A stretch of DNA of 64,000 bases from an uncultured Aliarcobacter sp. (lineage in GTDB: Bacteria > Campylobacterota > Campylobacteria > Campylobacterales > Arcobacteraceae): contig CAXXLV010000001.1 in assembly GCA_963664305.2 (NCBI GenBank), positions 416,001-480,000 of the forward strand, read 5' to 3'. This document shows, in pieces, positions 54,543 through 63,360 of the stretch (within the stretch, counting starts at the first letter, position 1; each line of letters starts with the position of its first letter). A program made the translations under genes and the position numbers. Under the pieces are notes generated by a model. It was given only the letters and a program-made list of their open reading frames with translations. It made no database searches and was not told the DNA's origin.

Positions 54543-55832
54543 TTACAGAGATAAATATTTTGACAATAAAAATAGACAAAATGTACAAATAAAATACATT
54601 TTAATTGCGTATGTTATATTTAACCTAAAAATCTCTTTTGCACTACAATTGTATCTTGATATTATTGTAAGATTTAATCCTGAAAAAGGTGATGTTGAAA
54701 CAGTTGTTGACCATGCCATTAAAAATGTTACTGCTAAAAGTGTGTGATTAACTCCACTTAAAAAATCACCAATAATTGCTATTGTAATAATTGGATGAAT
54801 TCCAATAAAAGCTAAAATAACAAATATCAAAAGTAAAAGGGAAGCTATTTGCCAATCAAATATTTCAAAAGGCAAAGATAAATTTAATCCAATCAAAATA
54901 GAACTAATAGAAATACCAAACATTCCAGCAACTAAAAATAGAGATATTTCAGATTTCATTTTTGGCAACTCATCTAATATATGAAATTTTAAAATTTTTA
55001 AAGATTCAAATATAGATTTTTTTATTGGTAAAATAAGTATAGTCATTAATATTGAAAATGATGAAATTAAAACGATTACTTTTATTTCTGGATAAATATG
55101 ATTTGTTATTAAAACTAATAAAGCAAGTAATATTGGTAAAAATAGTGAATCTAAAGATAAAGGATATCCATAAAATTCATCTATATTAAAATCCTTATTT
55201 TTTGTAACTTCAAAATATGTAATACCAAAAGTTATAATGGCTAATACAATCCCATTTATTACAATTATTGGTGTATTTAATTTTGGTGCGTAAGTTATTG
55301 CTGCTGCAAATGCAACAAAAAATGGAGACCAATAAGCATCACTTGCAAATGCTCTTGTTAAAAGAATAATTTGTGCATTTGTTAAAGAAGCTTTTTTATA
55401 CATTTTATCTGCAACTAAGATAAGAGAAGAAATATTTATAACTGAACCAAAAAGATGTACCCCTAAATATGTTTTTATAAACGATTGTTTTCCCTTTGGT
55501 AAATTTGTATTTTTATTTTTTCTTGGTGTTGCAATTAATCTTAAAAAGCCTACTCCAATTAAAAGAGTTAATAAATATTGATTTACTGTAAATACCTTTA
55601 TAAAATTTATTTGATAATTATTCAAATAACAAATAAAAAATGCCAATATACTAAGACTTAATAATATAATTATTATTTTTTTATTTTTTAAACCAGAAAA
55701 AAGAATAAAAAAAGCAATCCAAGCAAATATTCCAGAAATTATCAATAAATTTGATTGATAAAAATATGAATACAATGTTGTCATAAATGAAAGGAAAATC
55801 AGAATTCCAGAAATCTTATTTAAAATTAACAT
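54543..55832 (-). CDS. Polytopic membrane protein, putative transporter
   Basis: More than 10 hydrophobic segments, HLFGSVIN and YWSPFF motifs; ATG 55832 abuts DMT stop. Confidence 0.7.
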   Translation of the reverse strand: MLILNKISGILIFLSFMTTLYSYFYQSNLLIISGIFAWIAFFILFSGLKNKKIIIILLSLSILAFFICYLNNYQINFIKVFTVNQYLLTLLIGVGFLRLIATPRKNKNTNLPKGKQSFIKTYLGVHLFGSVINISSLILVADKMYKKASLTNAQIILLTRAFASDAYWSPFFVAFAAAITYAPKLNTPIIVINGIVLAIITFGITYFEVTKNKDFNIDEFYGYPLSLDSLFLPILLALLVLITNHIYPEIKVIVLISSFSILMTILILPIKKSIFESLKILKFHILDELPKMKSEISLFLVAGMFGISISSILIGLNLSLPFEIFDWQIASLLLLIFVILAFIGIHPIITIAIIGDFLSGVNHTLLAVTFLMAWSTTVSTSPFSGLNLTIISRYNCSAKEIFRLNITYAIKMYFICTFCLFLLSKYLSL

Positions 55833-55833
55833 T

Positions 55834-56721
55834 CTAGTTTTTATCTCTTTTAAAAAATATAGAAAGATAAATCCCAAACCCAATCAAAATAATTCCTACA
55901 ATATGATATGTTTGTAATACTTCTCCTAAAAAGAAATATGCCAAAATAGAACCAAAAATTGGCATAAGATGTGTGAATTGTCCTGCTTTATTTGCACCAA
56001 TTTCAAGAATTGCCCTATTCCAAAAATAAAAAGATAAAATTGAAGGAAAAAATACTATATATATCAATGAATATAAAACTTCTTTTTTTTCAAGAAAACT
56101 AAATTCAAAACTGTAACCTTGGAATACAAAAACTATAAATAAAACGATTGTCCCTATTAGTGTAATTATCGCAAAAAATTCTAATGGCTCTAACTCTTTT
56201 GGTTTATATTTTAAAAGAACTGTATATAAAGCCCAAACTATACATGCTCCTATTATCCATAAATCTCCAACAGTAAATTCTAGTTCATATATGTGACTTA
56301 TTTCACCTTTTAAAATTAAATAAATAACTCCTAATGTTGAAAACACAACTCCTATAAATTGTATTTTTGTAATAGTTGTTTTAAAAATTATTGCAGATAA
56401 AATAATAATAAATATTGGAATACTTGAGTTTATTAACAATGCATTTGTTGCTGTTGTAGTTTGTAAACCATAATATAAAAAAGTGTTAAAACCTGAAATT
56501 CCTAAAATTCCTAATATCAAAAGTGAAATATATTTTTTTTGAAAAATGTTAAATATATTTTTATAATGAATCACGATATAAGGAAATAAAATCAAAAGTA
56601 CAAAAAACCATCTAAAAAAAGATAACTGCATTGGTTCTATACTTGTAGATACCAAACGACCAAAAATAAAATTACCAGACCAAAACAGTACAGTTAAAAC
56701 TAAAAACACATAATACTTCAT
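55834..56721 (-). CDS. DMT (EamA) family transporter
   Basis: FWSGNFI, two EamA repeats, TTATNALLI, IGANKAGQF. Confidence 0.92.
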   Translation of the reverse strand: MKYYVFLVLTVLFWSGNFIFGRLVSTSIEPMQLSFFRWFFVLLILFPYIVIHYKNIFNIFQKKYISLLILGILGISGFNTFLYYGLQTTTATNALLINSSIPIFIIILSAIIFKTTITKIQFIGVVFSTLGVIYLILKGEISHIYELEFTVGDLWIIGACIVWALYTVLLKYKPKELEPLEFFAIITLIGTIVLFIVFVFQGYSFEFSFLEKKEVLYSLIYIVFFPSILSFYFWNRAILEIGANKAGQFTHLMPIFGSILAYFFLGEVLQTYHIVGIILIGFGIYLSIFFKRDKN

Positions 56722-56794
56722 AATAAACTTTCAAATCAATTTTAAAAATTTATTATATTCAAATTGAGTATAATCCAAATAAAAAAGGACTATT

Positions 56795-57346
56795 TTGATT
56801 AGACTTGGTTCAAATTCACCTACTCGTGCATTAATTTTAAAAAATTATGGAATAGATTTCATCCAAAATGGTGGAGATTTTGATGAAGATTCTATAATAA
56901 CTACTAATCCCAAATCATTTTGCTATGAAGCAACTCTTGGAAAATTTCAAGAACTTTATAAAAAATATGGAATAGAAGATATGCCTTTACTTGTTGCTGA
57001 TTCTGTTGTAACTTGCGAAGGAAAATTATTGAGAAAAGCAAAAGATTATGATGATGCAAAATCTATGCTTGAACTTCAAAGTGGTAATAAAACATCAGTG
57101 ATAACTTGTATGATTTATAAATCAAAAGATAAAGAATTAATAGATATTTCAATCACAACTTATAACTTTGATAAATTTGATGAAAAACATATGAAAGAGT
57201 ATTTAGATTCAGGTGAATGTTTTGGTAAAGCAGGTGCAATTATGGTAGAAGGTTTTTGTAAACCATATATAAAAAACGTAGTTGGATATGAAAGTACAGC
57301 TATGGGATTATGTGTTGATAAATTAATTAATTATCTTCCACATTAA
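56795..57346 (+). CDS. maf: Maf family nucleoside triphosphate pyrophosphatase
   Basis: LGSNSPTR, FDE, ADSVV, GKAGA, AMGL. Confidence 0.93.
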   Translation: MIRLGSNSPTRALILKNYGIDFIQNGGDFDEDSIITTNPKSFCYEATLGKFQELYKKYGIEDMPLLVADSVVTCEGKLLRKAKDYDDAKSMLELQSGNKTSVITCMIYKSKDKELIDISITTYNFDKFDEKHMKEYLDSGECFGKAGAIMVEGFCKPYIKNVVGYESTAMGLCVDKLINYLPH

Positions 57347-57445
57347 AAAATTATTTTTTCTAATAAATCAAGAAAAAACAACGTTTATTATAACTATAAA
57401 TAATATCATTAAAGTATCATTTTTATTTTTTTGTAAGTTTTAAAC

Positions 57446-57504
57446 TGTCATAATGTTTATGAAATAGTGAATAGTTAATATCTTTTATTAACTGTTTAAC
57501 TCAC
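57446..57504 (+). promoter_or_regulatory. Candidate Tad locus promoter and leader hairpin
   Basis: TG-T-CATAAT extended -10 at 57446-57454; ATAGTTAATA-TCTTT-TATTAACTGT inverted repeat at 57471-57495. Confidence 0.5.
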
Positions 57505-57518
57505 ATAAGAAGCATGGA

Positions 57519-57707
57519 ATGCTGAATTTTTTAAAAAGAAGATTAAAAAACCAAAAAGGTGCAATGGATAAAATCCTTGTTACGTTATTATTAGTTATCG
57601 TAGGTGTTGGTGCCGTTATTGGATTAGCTCAATGGGCAACTGACCAAAAAGACTTAGTGCAAAATTCTGCAAATACTTCTATTAGCAACGTTGTAAACGG
57701 TCAATAA
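57519..57707 (+). CDS. flp: Flp-like major pilin with atypical class III signal peptide
   Basis: 62 aa; basic leader KRRLKNQKG, long hydrophobic helix; first gene of Tad cluster, next to prepilin peptidase. Confidence 0.78.
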   Translation: MLNFLKRRLKNQKGAMDKILVTLLLVIVGVGAVIGLAQWATDQKDLVQNSANTSISNVVNGQ

Positions 57708-57738
57708 ATAAGGAAGTAGCTTTTGCTACTTCTTTATT
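57707..57738 (+). terminator. Hairpin/attenuator after pilin gene
   Basis: AATAAGGAAGTAGC-TTTT-GCTACTTCTTTATT, 14-bp stem with one G-U. Confidence 0.75.
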
Positions 57739-57751
57739 AATTTAGATTATT

Positions 57752-58189
57752 ATGTTTACAATAAGTTTTTATATATTTTCTATTATTCTCTCTTATACTG
57801 ACTATAAAAAATTTTTAGTTCCAAATAATTTATTACTTAGTATGTCAATAATGTTGATAATATTTGGTTTCTTTGAATCAAAAATATATATAAGCTCTAT
57901 TGTTTTATCGTTTTTAGTTTTAATTTTTTTCATAATTTTAATTTTATTAAAACCAACTATGATTCTTGGTGGTGGTGATATTAAATATATGATTATAATC
58001 GCATTTTATTTAGGAATAGAACCATTTGCCCTATTTCTTGTTATAACAGGAATTTTGCAAACTTTAACACTTTTATATATTCAAAATATAAAAAAAAGAA
58101 GAATTGCACCAATGGTTCCTATAATGTTTTTATCCGTAATAATTGTTGAAATTTTAATTTCACTTAATATTTATCCATTTAAGATTTAA
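57752..58189 (+). CDS. tadV: A24 prepilin peptidase (TadV/CpaA type, no methyltransferase domain)
   Basis: YTDY...VPN first Asp and GGGDIK second Asp; 145 aa, hydrophobic. Confidence 0.88.
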   Translation: MFTISFYIFSIILSYTDYKKFLVPNNLLLSMSIMLIIFGFFESKIYISSIVLSFLVLIFFIILILLKPTMILGGGDIKYMIIIAFYLGIEPFALFLVITGILQTLTLLYIQNIKKRRIAPMVPIMFLSVIIVEILISLNIYPFKI

Positions 58190-58198
58190 GGTTCTATC

Positions 58199-59242
58199 AT
58201 GAAAAAAGCACTAATTGATCAAGTAATGTTAGGTCTATTTTTATTTGTAGTATTAATTATTATTGGTGCAACTGTTAGTGATAATATGCAAGCAAGAGAT
58301 AAATACTATAATCTTAAAAAAATAACAGATAATGCCGTTTTAACCCTAGCAAAATATTATGTAAATGTTGAAGAGAATACTCTAAATGCACAAGATGTTT
58401 ATTATCAAATGTTAACAAAAACAAAACTTGGAAATGAAGTAAAAGATACTATTATCTATAATTGGGATTTTATTAGTGAACCAAATACAGTAACAGCTGA
58501 AATACCAAGCTACATTGAAAACACATTTTGGTTTAGATTATTTGGACTTAACGCATTTAATTTAAAAGCTTCTTCAAAAGCTACAATTACTATTACCGAT
58601 TTACCAACTGCAACTTCAAGTTATTCAAGTGGAATAGCACCATTTGCAGTAAATTATAGAGATTTTGTAATTGGTGATAGTTTAGATATCACATATGCTT
58701 TGACTGCTGATTGGCAATATAGTGACAAAGAGACTTTCTACCCAATATTGACCAATTGTGATTGTGACTGTGATTTTATTTTAAGTAATAAATTTGACTT
58801 CTCATCTTTAGGATTTGATGTGGATGCTTGTAATTCTTCTAGTTCAGCATGCACAAGTCATGGAGAGAGTGAATTTACACAATATTCTAATGCTTTAGAT
58901 GATATTTACAATTCTAACCAAAGTATTGATTTTGATAATGGTGTAACTTCATCTCCAATTTGTTTAATTGGAACATATTTAGGTAATACAACATCCACAT
59001 GGGGAACACAAATCAACGGATTATCTAGTGGAATTTATGATATCATTGGTAACACGGGTCAAAATTTACCTTTGGAAATGGATATAATTACTTTAGGTGA
59101 TAATGGAAAAGCAAATGGAATAGTAAGACTGAAGATTACAAGTTATGATTTTGTAACAGTTAGTAATCCAGATAACAGATATTTAACTCTGAATACAACT
59201 ATTGTTCCAGCAAAAACAAGAGAAATACATTTAGTAGATTAG
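58199..59242 (+). CDS. TadG-like minor pilin / tip protein
   Basis: N-terminal TM then 'LKKITDNAVLTLA' (TadG_N-like DxAxL), 'NTFWFRLFG..ASSKATI', 'GIAPFAV'; Tad context. Confidence 0.7.
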   Translation: MKKALIDQVMLGLFLFVVLIIIGATVSDNMQARDKYYNLKKITDNAVLTLAKYYVNVEENTLNAQDVYYQMLTKTKLGNEVKDTIIYNWDFISEPNTVTAEIPSYIENTFWFRLFGLNAFNLKASSKATITITDLPTATSSYSSGIAPFAVNYRDFVIGDSLDITYALTADWQYSDKETFYPILTNCDCDCDFILSNKFDFSSLGFDVDACNSSSSACTSHGESEFTQYSNALDDIYNSNQSIDFDNGVTSSPICLIGTYLGNTTSTWGTQINGLSSGIYDIIGNTGQNLPLEMDIITLGDNGKANGIVRLKITSYDFVTVSNPDNRYLTLNTTIVPAKTREIHLVD

Positions 59243-59250
59243 GATAAATT

Positions 59251-60843
59251 ATGAATATTCAAGAGTATCAAGAAAAAATAGAACATTCTCAAGAAAATAA
59301 ATTCTTTCAAGAAAGTATTCATGAAATGATTGAACTTTTCTGTGATTTGAGTAATCAACCTTATGTTGCATATTATAAATATGAATATGAATATAATGAC
59401 TATTTCCACCAAATTACTGTTAATAGTAATGGTGAAGAATTAAATGATGAAATAAATCATTTTGATAATTATAAATTACTACTAAAAGATAGTAAGAGAG
59501 TTTATGGTTACTTGTTAATAAAAAACAAAATTAAATACTCTTCTTTATTAAGAAAATTGCTTAAAAAAATTATAAAAAAATTAGCAAGAGAACATGAAAT
59601 AAATAAAAAATTATCACAAGGAGAAATTCCTTTTAATATCTATCTAATTCATGATGATTTAGAAACATTTGCAAATAATTTAAAAACTGGTTTGGAAAGT
59701 TTATTTAATGCAAATATTATTTATGATTCATCAATTGAAAAACATTATGAACATATTCAAACTAAAGAATCAAAAAATATCATAATTTTTTTAATAAATG
59801 ACCTAGAGTTTATAGAAAAATTTGCTGATAAACTAAAATATTTAAATGAATTAATCATAGTTATTGGACCAAATGACCATCATATTTCTATGAGTTGTGG
59901 AAAATTAGGTATCGAAGACTATATTTCAATAAATGATTTTAAAGCTGAAAATTTAAAATCAATTATTGTAAATAAAAGAAAAATCTTACTTAATAAAAAT
60001 AAATTTGGTAATAGAATTATTGCTTTAGCTGGAATTGCAGGAGGAATTGGAACAACATCAATTGCAATGAATATGTCTGATTTAATTGCTAAAAATGTTC
60101 CTGATAAAAATATTTTATATATAGATTTATCAACTACAAAAGCAATAAGTAATCTATTTTTATCAGGTGACCCTCTACCAAATAAGACAATAATTGATTT
60201 AATAAATAGTAGTGAATTTAATTTAGACAATAATCTTGAACACGGTCTTGTAAAAGTTAGAGAAAATTTTTATAGTATTACTGGAATTCAAAAACATATT
60301 GATAAAGAGTTTATTGAAAAAGATATTTTTATTCAAAAACTATTAGAGTATATTTCATCTTGCAGTGATTATTTTAACTTTGTAATTATTGATTTAGGAA
60401 TAGCAGATGCATCAAATCTAAAATCTACAATTTATGATATTGTAAATGAATTATGGATTATAACTTCAATGAATTTACCACATACTTCTCAATTAAAAAC
60501 TTTTTATTCATTGATGAAAAGAGCTGGATTAAGGGATAAAATTTCTTTTTTAGCAAATAGATTTGACTCTGAAAATACAATAAGTGTAACAGATGTTATA
60601 TCAATTTTAAATATGAGTAATGATGAAAAAGATCAATTCGAAAGATTTAAAATACCAAATGATTATAAAAGTTTAGGAAGATGTTGGAATCTTTGTGAAC
60701 TAGCATCTCAAAAAGATGTTAATTCTTTATTCATAAAAAAATTAAACTCTATTTTAGAAGAAAAAAATTTTTATAAATCAAAAATTAAAGTAACAACACA
60801 AAGTGGTTTTTTTTCAAATCTTTTTAAGAGGGATAAAAGATGA
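59251..60843 (+). CDS. TadZ/CpaE-like MinD/ParA-family protein with long N-terminal extension
   Basis: IIALAGIAGGIGTTSIAMN degenerate P-loop, LYIDL, FVIIDLG, LANR, IPND; directly upstream of tadA. Confidence 0.8.
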   Translation: MNIQEYQEKIEHSQENKFFQESIHEMIELFCDLSNQPYVAYYKYEYEYNDYFHQITVNSNGEELNDEINHFDNYKLLLKDSKRVYGYLLIKNKIKYSSLLRKLLKKIIKKLAREHEINKKLSQGEIPFNIYLIHDDLETFANNLKTGLESLFNANIIYDSSIEKHYEHIQTKESKNIIIFLINDLEFIEKFADKLKYLNELIIVIGPNDHHISMSCGKLGIEDYISINDFKAENLKSIIVNKRKILLNKNKFGNRIIALAGIAGGIGTTSIAMNMSDLIAKNVPDKNILYIDLSTTKAISNLFLSGDPLPNKTIIDLINSSEFNLDNNLEHGLVKVRENFYSITGIQKHIDKEFIEKDIFIQKLLEYISSCSDYFNFVIIDLGIADASNLKSTIYDIVNELWIITSMNLPHTSQLKTFYSLMKRAGLRDKISFLANRFDSENTISVTDVISILNMSNDEKDQFERFKIPNDYKSLGRCWNLCELASQKDVNSLFIKKLNSILEEKNFYKSKIKVTTQSGFFSNLFKRDKR

Positions 60844-62441
60844 GAAGTTTAAGAAATCTTATTGAAGAACAAGAAGAGCAAGAATATACTAAAAAGAAGG
60901 ATTTAGTAGAATTTGAAGAATTAGATAATATTGAAGAAACAAAAAATAAAATTGAAAAATATAAACAATATCAATCAAATTCTGAATTAAAATTTCCCGA
61001 AATTTATATAAATAAAGAACTATACGATTTAGCATTAAAGATAAATGATAGTTTTTTATTAAAACTTAAATCAGACCAAAAAATTACAAAAGAAAATTTA
61101 GAAGAAGTATTACCAGAATATATTTTATCTTTTAAAGAATCAAGAGCTTTAAAAAGAGAAATATTAGATGATATTAAAACTATGATTATAAACAACATTA
61201 TTGGTTTTGGTCATATTTCAACTATTTTTACAATTGCAAGAGATGGCTTAAATGATGTTATTGTAAATACAAAAGACTATATTGATATTATTTATAAAGG
61301 TAAAACTTATCAAACTCCATTTACATTTAGAAGTGAAGAAGAGTTAAGAAAAATTATCGATAAAATGCTTGCTGAAAATAATAGAAAAATCGATGAAGCT
61401 CATCCAATTATGTCAAGTAAATTAAAAGATGGTTCAAGAATTGAAGTTCAAATTCCTCCAATTGCAGCAAATGAAGGAAGTTGTATTACTATTAGAAAAT
61501 TTAACGATATTCCTTTACTAATGGAAATGCTTATTGATGGTGGGCAAATGGATTATAAAATGGCCTATTTCCTAGTAAAAGCTGCAAAAGGAAAATGTAA
61601 TATCATTGTTTCAGGAGGAACATCAAGTGGTAAGACAACTTTCTTAAATGCAATGACAAGATTCGTTGACGAAAATGAACAACTTATGGTTATTGAAGAT
61701 ACAAGAGAGATGCAACCACAAATGCCTTGTCACTCTATTAGACAATATGAAGCAAGAATGGCAAATGAAGAAGGAAAAGGTGCAATTACACTTGATTTCT
61801 TGTTACGTTCGGCTCTACGGTCAAGTCCAAGAAGGATTATTGTTGGGGAGTGTAGAGGACCTGAAATTGTTGTTATGTTAAATGCGATGAATACTGGACA
61901 TCCTGGTTCAATGACAACTGTTCATGCTGATAATACAAAAGAAGCTCTAGTTAGGATTGAGAATATGTATCTTGAAGCCAGACCTAGTGCAAATATCAAT
62001 TTTATTAGAACTCAAATTGCAAGTGCTGTTGATTTAATTATTCAGCTTGTTAGGTTTCCTGATGGTAGTAGAAAACTAATCACTGTTTCAGAGATTGAAA
62101 GAAGAATTGAAGATAACGGTGTAATCTCACTAAATCATATCTTTGAATTTAAAAGAGATACAAGTGATTTGAAAAAAACAAAAGGTGAATTTAAAGTTTT
62201 ATCTACTCCAACAAGAACAGCCGACCAAATGAATATGTTTGGAGTTGATATAGATAAAAGAGTATTTGATCCAAATTTTGAAATGCCAAAATCAATGTTA
62301 ATTGAAGCACTTGAAGATGATTTACCTTCTGTTATGTGTGGATGGAAAGATGAATTTATTGAACACTTTATCAAATCAGACCCTCAGCTTTTCCATAAAT
62401 GGCCACATTTCCAAAAAATAAGAAAGGCAAATAATGGATAA
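60840..62441 (+). CDS. tadA: Tad/CpaF assembly ATPase
   Basis: LKDGSRI, TIRKF, GGTSSGKTT, IEDTRE, RIIVGECRG, AMNTGHPGSMTTVHA. Confidence 0.95.
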   Translation: MRSLRNLIEEQEEQEYTKKKDLVEFEELDNIEETKNKIEKYKQYQSNSELKFPEIYINKELYDLALKINDSFLLKLKSDQKITKENLEEVLPEYILSFKESRALKREILDDIKTMIINNIIGFGHISTIFTIARDGLNDVIVNTKDYIDIIYKGKTYQTPFTFRSEEELRKIIDKMLAENNRKIDEAHPIMSSKLKDGSRIEVQIPPIAANEGSCITIRKFNDIPLLMEMLIDGGQMDYKMAYFLVKAAKGKCNIIVSGGTSSGKTTFLNAMTRFVDENEQLMVIEDTREMQPQMPCHSIRQYEARMANEEGKGAITLDFLLRSALRSSPRRIIVGECRGPEIVVMLNAMNTGHPGSMTTVHADNTKEALVRIENMYLEARPSANINFIRTQIASAVDLIIQLVRFPDGSRKLITVSEIERRIEDNGVISLNHIFEFKRDTSDLKKTKGEFKVLSTPTRTADQMNMFGVDIDKRVFDPNFEMPKSMLIEALEDDLPSVMCGWKDEFIEHFIKSDPQLFHKWPHFQKIRKANNG

Positions 62442-63360
62442 TTTATTTTTATTTTTTATTTTTACTATTCCTGTACTATTTGGAGTATTTGCTTTAACAA
62501 CATACTCTTTTTATTCAAAAGTAAGAAATAAAAAATATTTAATAAATTTATTATCAAGTACAAATAGTAAAATTATTGATAAAAATAAAATCGATAATTT
62601 CTCAACAAAAGATGACAATTGGCTTATCAAAAAACTAAGATTTGCAGGTTTTAATTCAAAGGGTGCAGAAGTAATTTTTATTTTAATAAGCCTTGGATTT
62701 GGATTTTTATCTGCTGCATTTGTATATTTTGTTGCAAATTCTAAAATCATATTTATCTTTTGTTTTTTAATCTTTTCTTTTTTCCCTTATTTAGTTTTAG
62801 TAAAAATCATAAAATCAAGAGAAGAAGAGTTCAATTTTAATTTAAAAGAATTAATTGACAAAGTTACAAGTATGATGAAAAGTGGTGTTGGTTTTGAACA
62901 AGCTTTAAAAAAATCAATTCTAACTTGTAAATCAAAACTTACAAAAGATATTTTTTCAATTTATATTAATGAAAAATCAATTATTGGTGAAGATAAATGT
63001 TTTGAAAAAATGTTTGATATTATTGAATCAAAAGAGTTAAGGATTTTTTATCTAACTATTTCAATAGGAAGAAAATCTGGAGGTAAATTTTCTAATACAT
63101 TAGAAAAATTAAGAAAAACATTACATGACCAAGGTGAAATTAAACAAGAAATCACTTCATCAACAAAAGAGATAAAAATTGGAACTTACTTTATTATAGG
63201 TATTACAGTTTTTATTTATATTATGTTGAATCAAGCACTAAATAATGTACTTAATCAACATTTTTTTGGTAGTGATACAGGGAAACTTCAAATGTTTTTT
63301 ATTGTTGTTTGGGTTTCATTTGGTATATTTGTAAATAGCTTATTAACAAAGATTAAATAA
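62434..63360 (+). CDS. tadB: TadB inner-membrane platform protein (T2SS F family)
   Basis: N-terminal TMs, MKSGVGFEQAL, SGGKFSNTLEKL; follows tadA. Confidence 0.85.
   Translation: MDNLFLFFIFTIPVLFGVFALTTYSFYSKVRNKKYLINLLSSTNSKIIDKNKIDNFSTKDDNWLIKKLRFAGFNSKGAEVIFILISLGFGFLSAAFVYFVANSKIIFIFCFLIFSFFPYLVLVKIIKSREEEFNFNLKELIDKVTSMMKSGVGFEQALKKSILTCKSKLTKDIFSIYINEKSIIGEDKCFEKMFDIIESKELRIFYLTISIGRKSGGKFSNTLEKLRKTLHDQGEIKQEITSSTKEIKIGTYFIIGITVFIYIMLNQALNNVLNQHFFGSDTGKLQMFFIVVWVSFGIFVNSLLTKIK

Noticed and set aside
61666..61881. 71-aa +1 frame ORF inside tadA as a real gene
   Set aside because: TTG start without RBS and no motif; mentioned only as context for the rare-codon patch
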